Below the pieces are notes generated by a model. The model had not been told where the DNA came from, did no database searches, and saw only the letters and a list, made by a program, of their open reading frames with translations. A DNA stretch of 64,000 nucleotides, taken from assembly GCA_951406725.2 (NCBI GenBank), contig OX597827.1, forward strand, positions 80,538,001 to 80,602,000, in the 5' to 3' direction. Both the position numbers and the translations under genes were made by a program. The DNA is from Octopus vulgaris (taxonomy: Eukaryota). This document shows positions 11,001 through 24,709 of this stretch, one piece after another (position 1 is the stretch's first letter; the number at the start of each line of letters is the position of its first letter).

Positions 11001-12695
11001 GATATGTAAAATACGGAGCATTGTCATTTTGATCTAGAATCTCAACAACAACATTCGCTGTGTCATTCAGAGATGGGCTTCCATTATCTTTGACAAAAAC
11101 CTCAAACTTATACACATCTTGTTTCTCTCTGTCCAATGACATGGTCGCTGAAATGAAGCCATAACTGGTGATAAGAAATGGGAGATTGGATTTTTCTTTA
11201 CGCAGCAGAGAATATGTGAGTTGTCCAGCAGATCCAAGATCAGGGTCAGTGGCATTGACAAAACCAATAGGGAAGTCTTTATCTTTGTTTTCGTAGGTGA
11301 GGAATTGGAATGTATCTTTGGTAAACTGTGGTTGTACATCGTTGATGTCAGTCACTTGGATAGAGAGGCTTTTAACACTTTTAAGAGGAGGTAATCCTTT
11401 ATCTTGACAGGAGACAGGAATGTTATAGTGTCCTTGTGTTTCTCTGTCCACTGGTTTGTTTAGAATGATTTTATATTCTTTAGATCCCATTGACTGTAGT
11501 TTGAATGTATCATGTTTGATATCACAGCTGACCTCTCCATTTTGTCCCACATCATTGTCAGTGACCATCACATAAGCAATGAAACTACCGACTTTGATGT
11601 TTTCAGAAATGGTAGCTGTGTTGTCATTGATTGCAGAAACATAATCAATATCAATAGATGGAGGATTGTTGTGTTGGTTGATAACATTTATGAGGACTGT
11701 TGCTATAGAACTGAGGGGAGGGCTGCCCCCATCTCTGGCCTCTATAAACAGTTCATAAGTTTTCTTTTTTCCTAAATTTGAATATTTACTCACGAAAATT
11801 TCCCCACTTGTTTCATTCAACTGAAAATAGCTTTCTGCTAGATCTGATGTCTTGGGACTGAAATGGAAAGAAATTTTACCATTTTCACCAGAATCAGCAT
11901 CTGTTACATACAAAATAATGATGGGTTTAGATTTGTGATGTGTACTTTGTATAGATATATTATACAGAGGTTTAGAAAACTCTGGTGGGTTATCATTCAC
12001 ATCTATTACAGAAATATTTATATTAAAATTCCTTGTTTTGCTGGTGACCCTCCATCTTTAGCTATGACCTGTAATAAATATGTATCTTTGATTTCTCTGT
12101 CTAATGATTCTTTTAAAACTATTTTCAGAGAAGAAATACCATCAGCTCTTTTAGACACTGATAGAGAGAATGGTTCTCCAGTCTTTGATCTTAATTTATA
12201 TTGTATTAATGAGTTTTGAAATCCTACATCTTTGTCCATAGCATTGGGTATTGATCTTTTTGCACCTTTACCAATGTCTTCAGAAAACTCTATGTTGATA
12301 TTCTTTATAGGAAAGTTTGGTTGATGGTCATTGATGTCTTCTATGATTATTTTGATTTTTAATATTTTTGAAACACTGGTTCCTTTATTGACAACAACCT
12401 TCATAGTTCTAGAACATTCTTTGTTGAATGTGCAGAGATCTTCTGCATCCAGTGTCTGAGCAGTGTACAGTTTACCTGTTTTGGTGATGTTAAATAACTG
12501 TGCCACCTTTCGTTTGAATTGACTGAATGTTATCAAATGTTGGTCAGATGGTTTAACATTGTCTAAGAGTTTAGAATCGGCAGCAATGTCTGCTACATAT
12601 GTTCCTGGACTTCTTTCTTCTTCCACATGGTAGGTAAGGTCTATGGTCAAGACACAGTGGACCAGTGACAATACAATAGACAATGACAGGAACAT
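8015..12695 (-). CDS. Pcdh: Protocadherin g2; coding exons 12695-10321, 10149-9996, 8091-8015; 1-bp deletion at ~12022
   Basis: The track ORFs 12018..12695 and 10276..12000 join if one A is restored (GILNINISVID, as in paralogues). GT-AG junctions are in phase. Terminal exon reads DQNLYKNNDATTSKESSEETPVKHV*. ~868 aa if corrected. Large-exon acceptor at 12751. Confidence 0.9.
8265..9245 (+). mobile_element. 5'-truncated CR1/L2-type LINE (RT C-terminus, 3' UTR, (ATT)n tail) in g2 intron 3
   Basis: Open frame from YADDIKLY (8265) through ERDLGVIVD, LYIAMVRPHLEFASPVWNP, LEAVQRRATKRI and FFTLRVAEAWNKLP to the stop at 9077; (ATT)n tail ~9219-9243. Confidence 0.9.
9250..9825 (+). mobile_element. 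Non-autonomous retroelement with RTE-type 3' end and (GAT)n tail
   Basis: ggcattaggaagggcatccagctgtagaaac...cccatgctagcatggaaagcggacg followed by (gat)n; internal ~60-70 bp imperfect repeats; many related copies in the window. Confidence 0.8.
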
Positions 12696-13389
12696 ATTGC
12701 TCTTTCTATGCAGGTATGGTTAAAGATATCCAAGTGTACTAAATATTGAACCTAAAAGAGAAATACATTTCTAGTTATTATCAGGAATAAATCAGTTTAA
12801 AATATACATATTTATCAGTGTAACATGAGAAATGTACAAACTGTCTGTTTTACAAAACCACATTGATTCAGAAAGAACCCAGCCATTAAAGAATAGTAAC
12901 AACTCTGTATTGTGAAATTTTATTTGATTCACTAAACAGGTTCTGGATATCTACATTCAATATTTATCCTGACTATCAAAAAGGTTTTGTTTAAAGTTAT
13001 AACAAAGAATACATTCCAAGAATGATGAAGAGGTTGTTTTTAGTTGGTACCAGTTTCTAGATCTCTGCATCAGTCTAAAGAAACGAAAACTGAGAGATAC
13101 TCAGGACATTTATTATCTTATTAATATTAAACTTCAGACTATTATCTCAATGTAATTCAGCAATTATCATTTATTATTTTATATAAATGTTATATTATAG
13201 TTTCTCAATACCTACCCCAGCTAGAGAATGCTGAATGCTCAGTTACTCTGAGAGATTAATATCTAAGTGTATGGAACAACATACAGAATCATGACAGAGT
13301 GGGTTCCGTAGATAATTTAGGAAATTTCTCTGGTTTTGTCAATAATTTATAATTATTGTTTGCATCTCTAACAGTATACTTTGTAAAAT

Positions 13390-13546
13390 GGTTGGAATTA
13401 GAAAGCGTATCCAGCCATACAAACCAAGCCAAATTAGACATTGGAGTTCCATGCAGTTGTCTGGCTCATCCAATCCTGTCAAAGTGTCTAACCCATGCCA
13501 GCATGGTACATGGATGTTAAGTGATGATGATGATGATGATGATGAT
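13390..13546 (+). mobile_element. Diverged RTE-tail repeat with (GAT)n tail
   Basis: Similar to 9670-9825; ends cccatgccagcatgg...gatgatgat. Confidence 0.65.
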
Positions 13547-14771
13547 CTCTAACATGTCTACTATAATTAAAATAATTATGCCTGATTAACTTCTTTACAA
13601 ACTAACACTTCTCTCCAAGCTCCCTGACCAATTGCTTTCTACATCACATATCAAAAGTAGACATTTGCAATTTTTTGAAATGAACAAAACTTTCAAAGCA
13701 TCTGGCATAACTGGATGCAATGCTGACCACCACCTAAGAATTCCCCATATCCCTAGTCATTTGCAATATAAGATGTGTTCTTGAGGGCAGGCTGTTTTTT
13801 ACTCTTCAGCAATTGTGTATCTTAGAGGAGTCTGCTCTTCAATCCACACACCATCCTCAGAATAGACTGTATGTCAAGATAAGCTGGTTCTCTTATTCCC
13901 TTACTGTCTGTCTGTCTGTCTGTCTCTCCCTCTCTCCTTTTATTTTGACTCATCCATAACTTCCTATTGCTCCGTGCAGCTGATAGCTAATGTGTTCTTT
14001 TCACTTCTGTCTCACTCAGGTATTATCCACATCATGTTGTCTCAACATCTCTCAATACACATGTTGTTCGTTCAGAACTAAGAACTTAGCATTCCCCAGT
14101 ATTAAATACTCTGATGTCACCAATCCCTTGTCTAGGCTGAGTGATGCATTCTTAGTATTCACAACTAGCTTCCTATCCCATTTCTACGATCCCTCTTCAG
14201 TCAGTGTAACATAATCGGAGCCTTTATCTACATTGGAATATTATTATCGAGGTGGTTGCCTACCATGTTCATTAAAGTCACCAGTCCTGATAACAAGGTC
14301 ACTGTCATCTGCCATCATGACTGCAAGAGGATCTCTTTCAAATGGCCCTTTTTTTTTACATCAACCCGTCAAATCTCAATGTAGCGTATATACACAAACC
14401 AATATTGCTATCTTGTTGCCTATAATTAACCTATGCTAAACTCATCTACCACATTCTCTAACTCCCTCCATTACTTAATCTACACACATTTTCTGCCCAG
14501 AACATGCCAATTCCATCAACTCCAGTGGCATCACTCGTTCAAAAGAATTTCCTGATGCAAATACTAAGAGGAATACGGGTTAGCCAAACAGTATGCCTCT
14601 TGCACATTTATGTATGAAAGCATCTTCTCTACTGGAAGAAGGTTTTGAAATTGGTACATCTTTGTTAACAATCTGAACAACAAATATTCAGCAACTATTA
14701 ATCTAGAGTGATTTTTAAAGCAGATATTAAATGGACTCATAACGGAAATATTACTTTCCACAAGTTTTACA

Positions 14772-15025
14772 TCTTCATCATCGTTTAACGTCCGCTTTCC
14801 ATGCTAGCATGGGTTGCACGATTTTGACTGAGGGCTGGCAAACCAGATGGTTGCATCAGACTCCAATCTGATCTGGCAGTTTCTACAGCTGGATGCCCTT
14901 CCTAACGCCAACCACTCTGAGAATGTAGTGGGTGCTTTTATGTGCCACGGGCACGGGGGCCAGTCAGGCAGTACTGGCAATGACCTCGCTCGAATCTTTT
15001 TACACATGCCACCGGCACAGGCACC
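14772..15025 (-). mobile_element. RTE-tail repeat (reverse orientation)
   Basis: Reverse complement of ~9575-9815: tttaacgtccgctttccatgctagcatggg...ctacagctggatgcccttcctaacgcc. Confidence 0.8.
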
Positions 15026-15659
15026 AGCTTATACTGACAATGAAGTAATCCAACAATAACTTCTTTTATTTTTTAATCCATCGCTATTATTTGGATACAT
15101 AATTAAGGTAATGGGAATTATTTCAATTTATAAAGAATTAAAAGAGACTTTTTTTTATTAGAGAGCAGATGATCTAATATTGGATTTGCTCATTAGGAGG
15201 ATGTAAAAGCTTTTAATGATCCTCTTGTTTCCTTACCACCACCACTACCACCACCACCACTATAATGCTTTCCTTTCAATATCAATCGTCGTATCTGCAG
15301 CAGAACTAAACTGATCCACAAATCATGCTTCATGCATGGCTTTTATTCGGCATTTGCACTTCAATGAAAATATCAACCATACAAAATCCAAATTCTCACT
15401 TATGGAGACCAGGAGTGCTTACTTATCCTGTGGACAAATAATTTATATTTTCACAAAATGACTGCCTGGATAACATTTCACTCACATTGACTCAGTGTGT
15501 CTCAGTTTTCAGGACTGATTTTCTGGTAATTAATAACCAGGAATCTTTTATATTCCAGATATATTTATGTGAGGTCCTTAAAGTTCCGGTCACTGCTATA
15601 ACTTTTATACTACCAGACCTTCAAGACACACATTTTTTACTCACTAGTAGCATATAATT

Positions 15660-15873
15660 ATTTCTACTCTAGGCACAAGGCCCTGAAAATTTGGGGGAAG
15701 GGGACCAGTCAATTACATCGACCCCAGTACTCAACTGGTACTTAATTTATCAATCCCGAAAGGATGAAAGGCAAAGTTGACCGTGGCAGAATTTGAACTC
15801 AGAACATAAAAGCAGACAAAATACTGCTAAGCATTTCGCCTGGCATGCTAACCTTTCTGCCAGCTTGCCACCT
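15660..15873 (-). mobile_element. tRNA-derived SINE (Meta-domain-like)
   Basis: Minus strand has a tRNA-like head with B-box-like GAGTTCAAATTC, then GCCTTTCATCCTTTCGGGATTGATAAATTAAGTACCAG; related copies at 52720-53095. Confidence 0.75.
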
Positions 15874-17880
15874 TACTAGTAACATATAATGAAAGCTGAA
15901 ACGCTCTCCCTACACTTAACTATAATAATATAAAGATGTAAATATTTAAAGCTAAATCAAACATCATGTGCTAATTCCTTAAGAACCCTCTCTCTGAAGA
16001 GTAAGTTAACAGACAACCTCCCTTCAATGCAGAGAATAGTGTCCCAATATGGAAGAGGAAAAGTAAAAATATGCCCTTCTCAGTTAAGTTTCAAGAGAGG
16101 GTCCAATGGAAGCCCAGTAGTTAAAAGGTTAGCACATGGCATTGGATATTGTTTTAAATATTTGCAACTTCATATTATTAGAGCTAAAAGGTTTGTAAAA
16201 TATCACCTCTTTATAACATGTTTCTAGTGAATAAACAGAGATGCCTCGTGAAAATTTGGTAATGAGTCAGACAAGCAGATGAGACTATGTTGCAGCAGAG
16301 TTTCTATGGCCAGATGCCCTTCCTGATGCCTCTCTTTGTTTCCACGCAAGATAATGACCCCCACAACCCTCACCCCAGTCTATTATACAACAAACAGCCT
16401 GAGTATGGTTATATGAAGCAATTAAGATAACGACACTGTTTGAATGAGCCTTTCGTTTATGAAGATTATAGAACATGTGAAGGCATATCAAGACGCCTGG
16501 CTATGCTTTCATGATGGACTGCAAGCTGAGGACAGAGTGAGGCCTTTGTTTACATTTAGTAAGAACACATGAAGAGGAGGGGAAATACAAACTCACTCAC
16601 ACTGTGAGTTTCTTCAGTTTCCAGTTACCAATTTCACTCACAAGATATCAGTTGATCTGTGGCTGTCATACAAGATGTCAGCTAACAACATCCATACTAC
16701 AGGACTAAAGCCCTAACCACATGGTTCAAAAGTGGATGTCTTATACACACTACCATGTTTCAAACTGATTCACAATGGCTATTTTCAATGTAAGCATTTA
16801 TGCTATTGCTTTTGAGAAATAGGACCCAAATAATGATGAGAGATTCAAGTCAGAAATCTGACAACAGAATAAATGACAAAAGCTGTTTAATATGAAAAGT
16901 GAATGTTTTACAAGAACAAAGAGTAAAGTGTAACAGTTTAAGACGTTCAGGGCAGGCATCAAATTTTGGTGACTAAATGTTTAGATATTCAAACAGAAAT
17001 CTTTGTGGATACAGAATATTGAGAAATATATTTGACAATGAGATGATGATGAAGAAGTTTCACTTTGAATTGTAAACATGATTAATAATTGAGATAAACA
17101 TAATTTCCGTAAATTTAAAGCTCTGATGTTATAAAAATTCAAAAATCTATAATTAAATTGAAGGGACAGTGTAAAAAGGAGATCAAAAATTGTGACTATA
17201 AATAAATCATAGAGGGAAATAGGAGAGAATGTTCAAAAAAGAAGTAACATATTACTATGACTTACAAATATGCTTTAGAAGCAAACATATGCAATATAAA
17301 CATTTTCTACATTGACGTAGTCTACAACATGCTAATATTTCTATTCACTTCTTGATAGCTGTCAGTCTTACTGTCCTCCATTATACCCAACCATAATCCT
17401 TAACATACCATTAGCTTATCACTGATAATACTTGACACATTATACACAACTTTTAAGAAAATATCCTTCAGTATATTTTTATATGAAAATCTTGACATAA
17501 CTTTCTTACAGCATCAGCTAAAGAGACACAACATCACATCTTCCTTACAACAAAAGCAAATGCACGCATTACTGCTATATACTGCAGAGATTGTTCTCTA
17601 TTGTTAGTGATCAATATCTGTAACAAATGTTACACAGACACATACTGTTGCAACGAAATAAAGTCTAAATATGAAACATCTCAATCAACATCATTAAATG
17701 AAGTATGAAAAGAAAATAGCATGGGCTACATGTATGAAAATGATGTGTAAATTATTGGTGAATCTCTTTGTTCTCCTGTTAATATTAAATATGTAAGATT
17801 CTAACATGTTACAACAATCTCTAACTGATTCAATAAGATACATAAAACAAAATTATAAAAGAGATTAAATGGAAACTTAC

Positions 17881-18066
17881 CTTTTTTTTAATAATTATAT
17901 CATTGGTTATTCAGTGAGAAAGAGAAAGATGTATTGTTGTAGAAAGATCCATTGTAAGTGCTGCTGTAATGGTGTGACAATGGCTGTTATGGTGATGGAG
18001 TAGTGTAGCACGTCAGGCAGAGAGTCTGCTGCTAGGAGAGGGTTGCATGTGTCACTGAAGTTGTAC
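17881..18066 (-). other. Conserved non-coding first exon of g2
   Basis: Near-identical to 7077-7260; donor AG|gtaagt (acttac 17875-17880). Confidence 0.75.
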
Positions 18067-18330
18067 GTTTTGTGGGAGTACGTCCATCTAATAATATTCT
18101 GTATGTATTTATCCTTAAAGATAATGTTTGTTTACTCCTATCAATAACAATTTACATACATCTATTATACATATATTTTAATAGCTACAATATTTGATAA
18201 TAAAGGAAAATATAATCATTTGTTTAATAACATCAGTAATGTAAAGGCTTAGCTTTGTTAGAAATTTCTTTCTATTTTTTAGTGAGAATCTGATTGGCTG
18301 AATGACCTAAACAGAAGACCAATGACGATC
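18067..18330 (-). promoter_or_regulatory. Putative g2 promoter with inverted CCAAT pair
   Basis: ATTGG 18293-18297, CCAAT 18319-18323, 21 bp spacer. Confidence 0.6.
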
Positions 18331-18656
18331 ATCTTCATATTGACTTTACAAGACAAAATACCTTAGTGTAATACGTGGAAGGAAGTGAGACTGTGTGATG
18401 GTCATCCATTTTCATAAGCCTTACTACTATGAAAATAGTTATCTGTATGTTAAATCGTCATACATCCCAAATACAATGTTAGGATTATCACTAAGAACAG
18501 AAACATTCCAATAAGAATGTTTCCATATTGTCACAAGAATATGTGTCATGGTAATCTTTGATTAAATCAAAAATATTTTTTGTAGTTGAATTTCATGAAA
18601 TAAAGTAGCTACAATTACTAATATTTAGTCTTACAGAGCCATAACAAAATACCTTC

Positions 18657-18657
18657 A

Positions 18658-18697
<40 letters not shown>

Positions 18698-18719
18698 GAT
18701 GATGATGATGATGATAATG

Positions 18720-18758
<39 letters not shown>

Positions 18759-18776
18759 TTGCTAATAATAATAATT
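18657..18776. repeat. Compound (TAT)n-(GAT)n-(AAT)n microsatellite
   Basis: Read directly from the sequence. Confidence 0.9.
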
Positions 18777-19334
18777 CAGTAAATAGGCAGATAGCTAAAA
18801 GAATTTGTGATAAAAGTGTAGTAATTTAACTTGATGCCAGTTATAACTTCATTATTTTAATGACTGCAAAAGAATGAAAGAAAACCTAAATTGTGGAAGA
18901 AATTGAACTAAAATATATCAGGATATACATTGATTTTTATGGTCTGTGCAAGAAGCCCCATATTAGTACTAGGGTTGATCAGATATACAAGAACCCACTC
19001 TAAGAGACTGTAGCCTGATATTGATGTTAGAATTTAAAAGTAATATTCAAAAAAGAACAAATTTTGATGTTTAAAATAACTATTTTTTTGATAAAGTGTA
19101 AATGTATATTTCCATGGAAAATAAACATAACAAAGAATATAGGAACTTATTGACTAAAAGGAAATCTGTTCATTTACGTAACTTCTGTGTACTAATCAGA
19201 ATAACAGCTTAATTGTTGACAACCCTGTCATTACATTTATATAGCACTATTCAGTATGTATAATAATGAGTGTTCATGTTGAGATTGCATGTGTGATTGG
19301 AATATCTTGTAGTCAGATGAGTTCAGTATTTGGA

Positions 19335-22253
19335 TTAGACATGTTTCACTGGTGTTTCTTCACTGGAATCTTTCGAAGTAGATGCATCGTTGTTTTTATA
19401 TAAACTTTGCTCTGAAATTCAAATGAAAATAGATTTTGCCAGGATATCAATACGTTAATACATGGAAAGAATTGTGACATTATTTTTACAGTGTACAGCA
19501 ATTTGTACTTGTTAAAATTATTTGCAAAGTATTGCTAATGCAGTTATTAACCTGATACTCCTGGTATTTCTTCGTAATGTTTCAAGTCTCCGTGTCTACC
19601 ACTTCTCTTGGATGACATTGTATCTGATGTATAGTTACAAACCATAGTAGCATTATCTTCCACAGCATCATCACTTGATGTCACCACAACAGGTTGACAG
19701 TATTTCTGTTGACAAACAAACGATAAAGAAATGTGAGAAGACACCAAACAATGGAAGTTACAATCAACATGGAAAGAGAACAATTTAATATTGGAATGTA
19801 TTATTGAAGTTAAAACATATTCAAAGAGATTTCATTGTTCACTTTTACAGAGAGAAAATGTAATGTTTCCACTTACTGGGGTAGGTTTTGGTAAAGTTCT
19901 CGACTGAACTGAAGATTCATATTTGTTCTGTAGCTGACCTTCTGCATAACATTCACTCTTGGATCTCTCAGAATAGATATTCCGCTTCACCATCTCTTCT
20001 GCATTCCTCGACATAGCAACAGAAGTGTTAGTCTGGTACAACAATTGTTTCATCTCTGCTCTACCTTGGTAGGCTGTATTCTTTGTGGCAGCAGCTGTGT
20101 TATCTCTGTGTTTAATACATTTCATAATACACAGCGTTATAGAAACAACAATAGCCACTGATATTATTACTGCTGATGATACAATGATAATAACCCATGT
20201 CATATGGACCCGACCTGAAGATTGTAAAGGTCCACTTTTCGACATTGGTGACGTCTCGTTACTAACAGCCAATACCAAAGTGACACTAGTTGTTGACGAC
20301 TGAACTGGACTACCACTGTCCTTCACAACAAACACCAGCTCATAACTTCCAGCATCATTTAGATAAACTTGTCTGGAGAAGGATAAAGCACCACTGTGTG
20401 AGTTCATACTAAACAACTGTTTATCATTTCCTTGTATGATTGCATATCTGAGGAAAGCATTGTTTCCACTGTCCCCATCAGAGGCTCTCAAAACTGTGAT
20501 GTCACTCTTACTCTGTGGATGGTACTGCACATTTAGCGTGTAAGGGTCACTACTAGGATATGTAAAATACGGAGCATTGTCATTTTGATCTAGAATCTCA
20601 ACAACAACATTCGCTGTGTCATTCAGAGATGGGCTTCCATTATCTTTGACAAAAACCTCAAATTTATACACATCTTGTTTCTCTCTGTCCAATGACATGG
20701 TCGCTGAAATGAAGCCATAACTGGTGATGAGAAATGGCAGATTGGATTTTTCTTTACGCAGCAGAGAATATGTGAGTTGTCCAGCAGATCCAAGATCAGG
20801 GTCAGTGGCATTGACAAAACCAATAGGGAAGTCTTTATCTTTGTTTTCGTAGGTGAGGAATTGGAATGTATCTTTGGTAAACTGTGGTTGTACATCGTTG
20901 ATGTCAGTCACTTGGATAGAGAGGCTTTTAACACTTTTAAGAGGAGGTAATCCTTTATCTTGACAGGAGACAGGAATGTTATAGTGTCCTTGTGTTTCTC
21001 TGTCCACTGGTTTGTTTAGAATGATTTTATATTCTTTAGATCCCATTGACTGTAGTTTGAATGTATCATGTTTGATATCACAGCTGACCTCTCCATTTTG
21101 TCCCACATCATTGTCAGTGACCATCACATAAGCAATGAAACTACCAACTCTGGTGTCTTCCGAAAGGGTAGCTGTGTTGTCATTGATTGCAGAAACATAA
21201 TCAATATCAATAGATGGAGGATTGTTGTGTTGGTTGATGACATTTACCAAAACAGTTGCTATGGAACTGAGAGGAGGAATACCTCCATCTCTGGCCTCTA
21301 TGAACAATTCATAAGTTTTCTTTTTTCCCAGATTTGAATATTCCCTTAACAGAATATTTCCATTGGTTTTGTTCAACTGAAAATAGCTTTTAGCTATATC
21401 TGATGTCTTTGGACTGAAATGGAAAGTAATTTTACCATTTTCACCAGCATCAGCATCTGTCACAGACAAAACAATGATGGGTTTAGATTTGTGATGTGCA
21501 CTTTGTATGGATACATTATACAGAGGTTTTGAAAATACAGGTGGGTTGTCATTCAAATCTGTTACAGAAATATTTATATTCAAAATCCCTTGTTTTGCTG
21601 GTGACCCTCCATCTTTAGCTATGACCTGTAATAAATATGTATCTTTCATTTCTCTGTCTAATGTTTGTTTTAAAACTATTTTAAGTGAAGAAATACCATC
21701 AGCTCTTTTAGCCACTGACAGAGAGAATGGTTCTCCATTCTTTGATTTTAATTTATATTGTATTAAGGAATTTTGAAATCCAACATCTTTATCTATGGCA
21801 TTTGGTATTGATTGTTTTGCACCTTTAGCTATATTCTCATAAAACTCTATGTTGATATTCTTTATAGGAAAGTTTGGTTGATGGTCATTAATGTCTTCTA
21901 TGATTATTTTGATTTTTAATATTTTTGTAATACTTCTTCCTTTATTAACCACAACTTTCACAGTTCTAGAACATTCTTTGTTGAATGTGCAGAGATCTTC
22001 TGCATCCAGTGTCTGAGCAGTGTACAGTTTACCTGTTTTGGTGATGTTAAATAACTGTGCCACCTTTCGTTTGAATTGACTGAATGTTATCAAATGTTGG
22101 TCAGATGGTTTAACATTGTCTAAAAGTTTAGAATCGGCAGCAATGTCTGCTACATATGTTCCTGGACTTTCTCTCTTCTTCCACATGGTAGGTAAGGTCT
22201 ATGGTCAGGACACAGTGGACCAGTGACAATACAATAGACAATGCCAATAACAT
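19335..22253 (-). CDS. Pcdh: Protocadherin g3; coding exons 22253-19877, 19705-19552, 19411-19335; 1-bp insertion at ~22168-22170
   Basis: Signal peptide MLLALSIVLSLVHCVLT starts at 22253. An extra T (gactttctct vs gacttctct) shifts the frame after YHVEEER; the rest is the 784-aa track ORF. Terminal exon reads EQSLYKNNDASTSKDSSEETPVKHV*. Large-exon acceptor at 22302. Confidence 0.9.
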
Positions 22254-22409
22254 TATTGTAGAATGATGGATACTTAAAATCGTTTGAATATGTTGATGGG
22301 ACCTAAAATAGAAATACAAATTCATTAAAGAATTGTAATGAGAAATAAATAACAGTTTAAAATACAGAGATATCATTGAAATAATAGGAATATATAAATC
22401 TATCACTTC

Positions 22410-22690
22410 CCATCATCATCATCATCTTCATCATTCAACGTCCATTTTCCATGTTTGCATGGGTTGAACAGTTTGATTGAGGACTGGCAAGCCAGGAGGC
22501 TGCACCAGGCTCCAGTCTAATCTGGCAATGTTTCTACAGCTTCATGCCCTTCCTAATGCCAACCACTCCAAGAGTGTAGGGGGTGCTTTTTATGTTCCCC
22601 CAGCACAGGGGCCAGTCAGGCGGTACAGGCATCGACCACACTCGAATGGTGCTTTTTACATGGCCACCAGCATGGGAACCAGTCAGGTGA
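22410..22690 (-). mobile_element. RTE-tail repeat
   Basis: (cat)n, then ttccatgtttgcatgggttg...tttctacagcttcatgcccttcctaatgcc. Confidence 0.75.
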
Positions 22691-23813
22691 TAGATATTAA
22701 AGTGTATATGAAGTAACTTGTTCCAGTATAACTATAGAATTGAAAAAAAAAAAAACATCAACAACTAGGTACTCCATTAAAGTGGTATGAGAGAAAGTCT
22801 GGTATGGGGCAGTGCATTGCTGCATCCACTATTTATCTGTATTTGCCAAGGTCATCCTGGGCAACAGTCTGAGCAGTGCCCCAGTCAATCCCCATCTCTG
22901 TGAGATACTTCCTCATTTGCTGTGACCATGTGGCATGTGGCTGACAAAACACAAGCTGTCAGCCAAGCCTTGTGGCCTGTTGTTACGTAGCCTTAGGTCA
23001 GTCCTGACTGAGAAGATCTATGCTAAAAGGCATTCAAGTTGCACTCATATATATATATATATATATACTTTTTTTTCCATAGAGTGCATTTACAAGTATA
23101 TCATGCAATGTGACCTTTCTGTTTTTGTAAGATAGTAAGATATAATTTTAGGATGATTTGGCTGCTAATTCTAGTAAATCAAGAGCCCATGTAGAGGGAA
23201 TTATTTTTTGTTGAGGTAAAGATTTACATGACATGACCACAAAAATAACAAAGCAAAATCCTGATGACAAGTTATGAAGTGCTAACTTTTCTGATCCCCT
23301 ATGGACTCAACAATTCATACTGTTTCCCAAATTTGTGACGGAGAAATGTTCAAATGATTTTCTAGCTTCAATAATTGTTCAATAGATATTTTCAATAATT
23401 TTTAATCTACATTAAAGACCTTGCTAATGCTTTTTTTTTTAATTGACAAACCTCTTCAATGACAATGATGCTCCATCTTTGACATTGTTGTTTTAACATC
23501 TGTCCTTCTATGCTTGCATAATTTAAACAATCACTACAATCATATGATGTCAAGACAAAGTGACACCGATGCACATACCCATATCTATCTCAGTGTGTCT
23601 GTATATAAAACGTATGTGTGTGTGCATGTATATATATATATCGCTAAACCTGTTTCCATTTTCTCTCCCTGTTTGTTTCTGTGTTCCTTCCTGTCAAAGA
23701 GCATAAAAGACTTTCTCACTTCCTGAGTGTTAAACTAATACACGTTTGTTGTTTACACACCCATCTTCGTCTTTTGCTTTTTTGTAAATTCTCACTGTAT
23801 ATATATATATATA

Positions 23814-24665
23814 TCATCATCATCATCATCATCATCCTCATTTAACGTCCGCTTTCCATGCTAGCATGGGTTGGACGGTTCAACTGGAGTCTGGGGAGCC
23901 CGAAGGCTGCACCAGGCCAGTCAGATCTGGCAGTGTTTCTACAGCTGGATGCCCTTCCTAACGCCAACCACTCCGAGAGTGTAGTGGGTGATTTTATGTG
24001 CCACCGACACAGGTGCCAGACGAGGCTGGCAGACGGCCACGCTCGGATGGTGTTTTTATGTGCCACCGACACAAGTGCCAGATGAGGCTGGCGAACGGCC
24101 ACGATCGGATGGTGTTTGTTACGTGCCCACAGCACGGAGGCCAGTCGATGCGGTACTGGCTATGGCCACGTTCGGATGGTTTTCTTGTGTGCCACCGGCA
24201 CTAATTTTCCACAAAGATACAAATTCCATTGATGTTCATCTATTTTGATTTGGTTTGATTTTCACTTGCCTCAACAGGTCTTCACAAGTGTCACATACTT
24301 GCCTCAACAGGTCTTCACAAGTGTCATAAGAAGGAAGGTATGCACAGGTAGACTGACTACGTCCCAGGTAGGGGCCACGGGTTATGGCCTGACTAGTCTT
24401 GCCGGGTCTTTGGATGGTGTTTTTATGTGCCACCAACACAGGTGCCAGATGAGGCTGGCGAACGGCCACAATCGGATGGTGTTTGTTACGTGCCCACAGC
24501 ACGATGTGGTACTGGCTACCGCCACGTTCGGATGGTTTTCTTGTGTGCCACCGGCATTGGTACCACAAAGATACAAATTCCATTGATGTTCATCTATTTT
24601 GATTTGTTTTGATTGGATTTGATTATGATTATGATTATTATTATTATTATTATTATCACTTGCCT

Positions 24666-24670
<5 letters not shown>
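23814..24670 (-). mobile_element. Composite RTE-tail element with internal tandem and segmental duplications
   Basis: (cat)n tail and RTE 3' core; repeated units atgtgccaccgacacaggtgccag...ggatggtg; ~200 bp block 24045-24260 duplicated at 24413-24620; acttgcctcaacaggtcttcacaagtgtca occurs twice. Confidence 0.75.

Positions 24671-24709
<39 letters not shown>

Noticed and set aside
23990-24620. CRISPR-like or novel repeat array
   Set aside because: Eukaryotic context, no unique spacers and no cas genes; these are degenerate internal repeats of an RTE-tailed retroelement.
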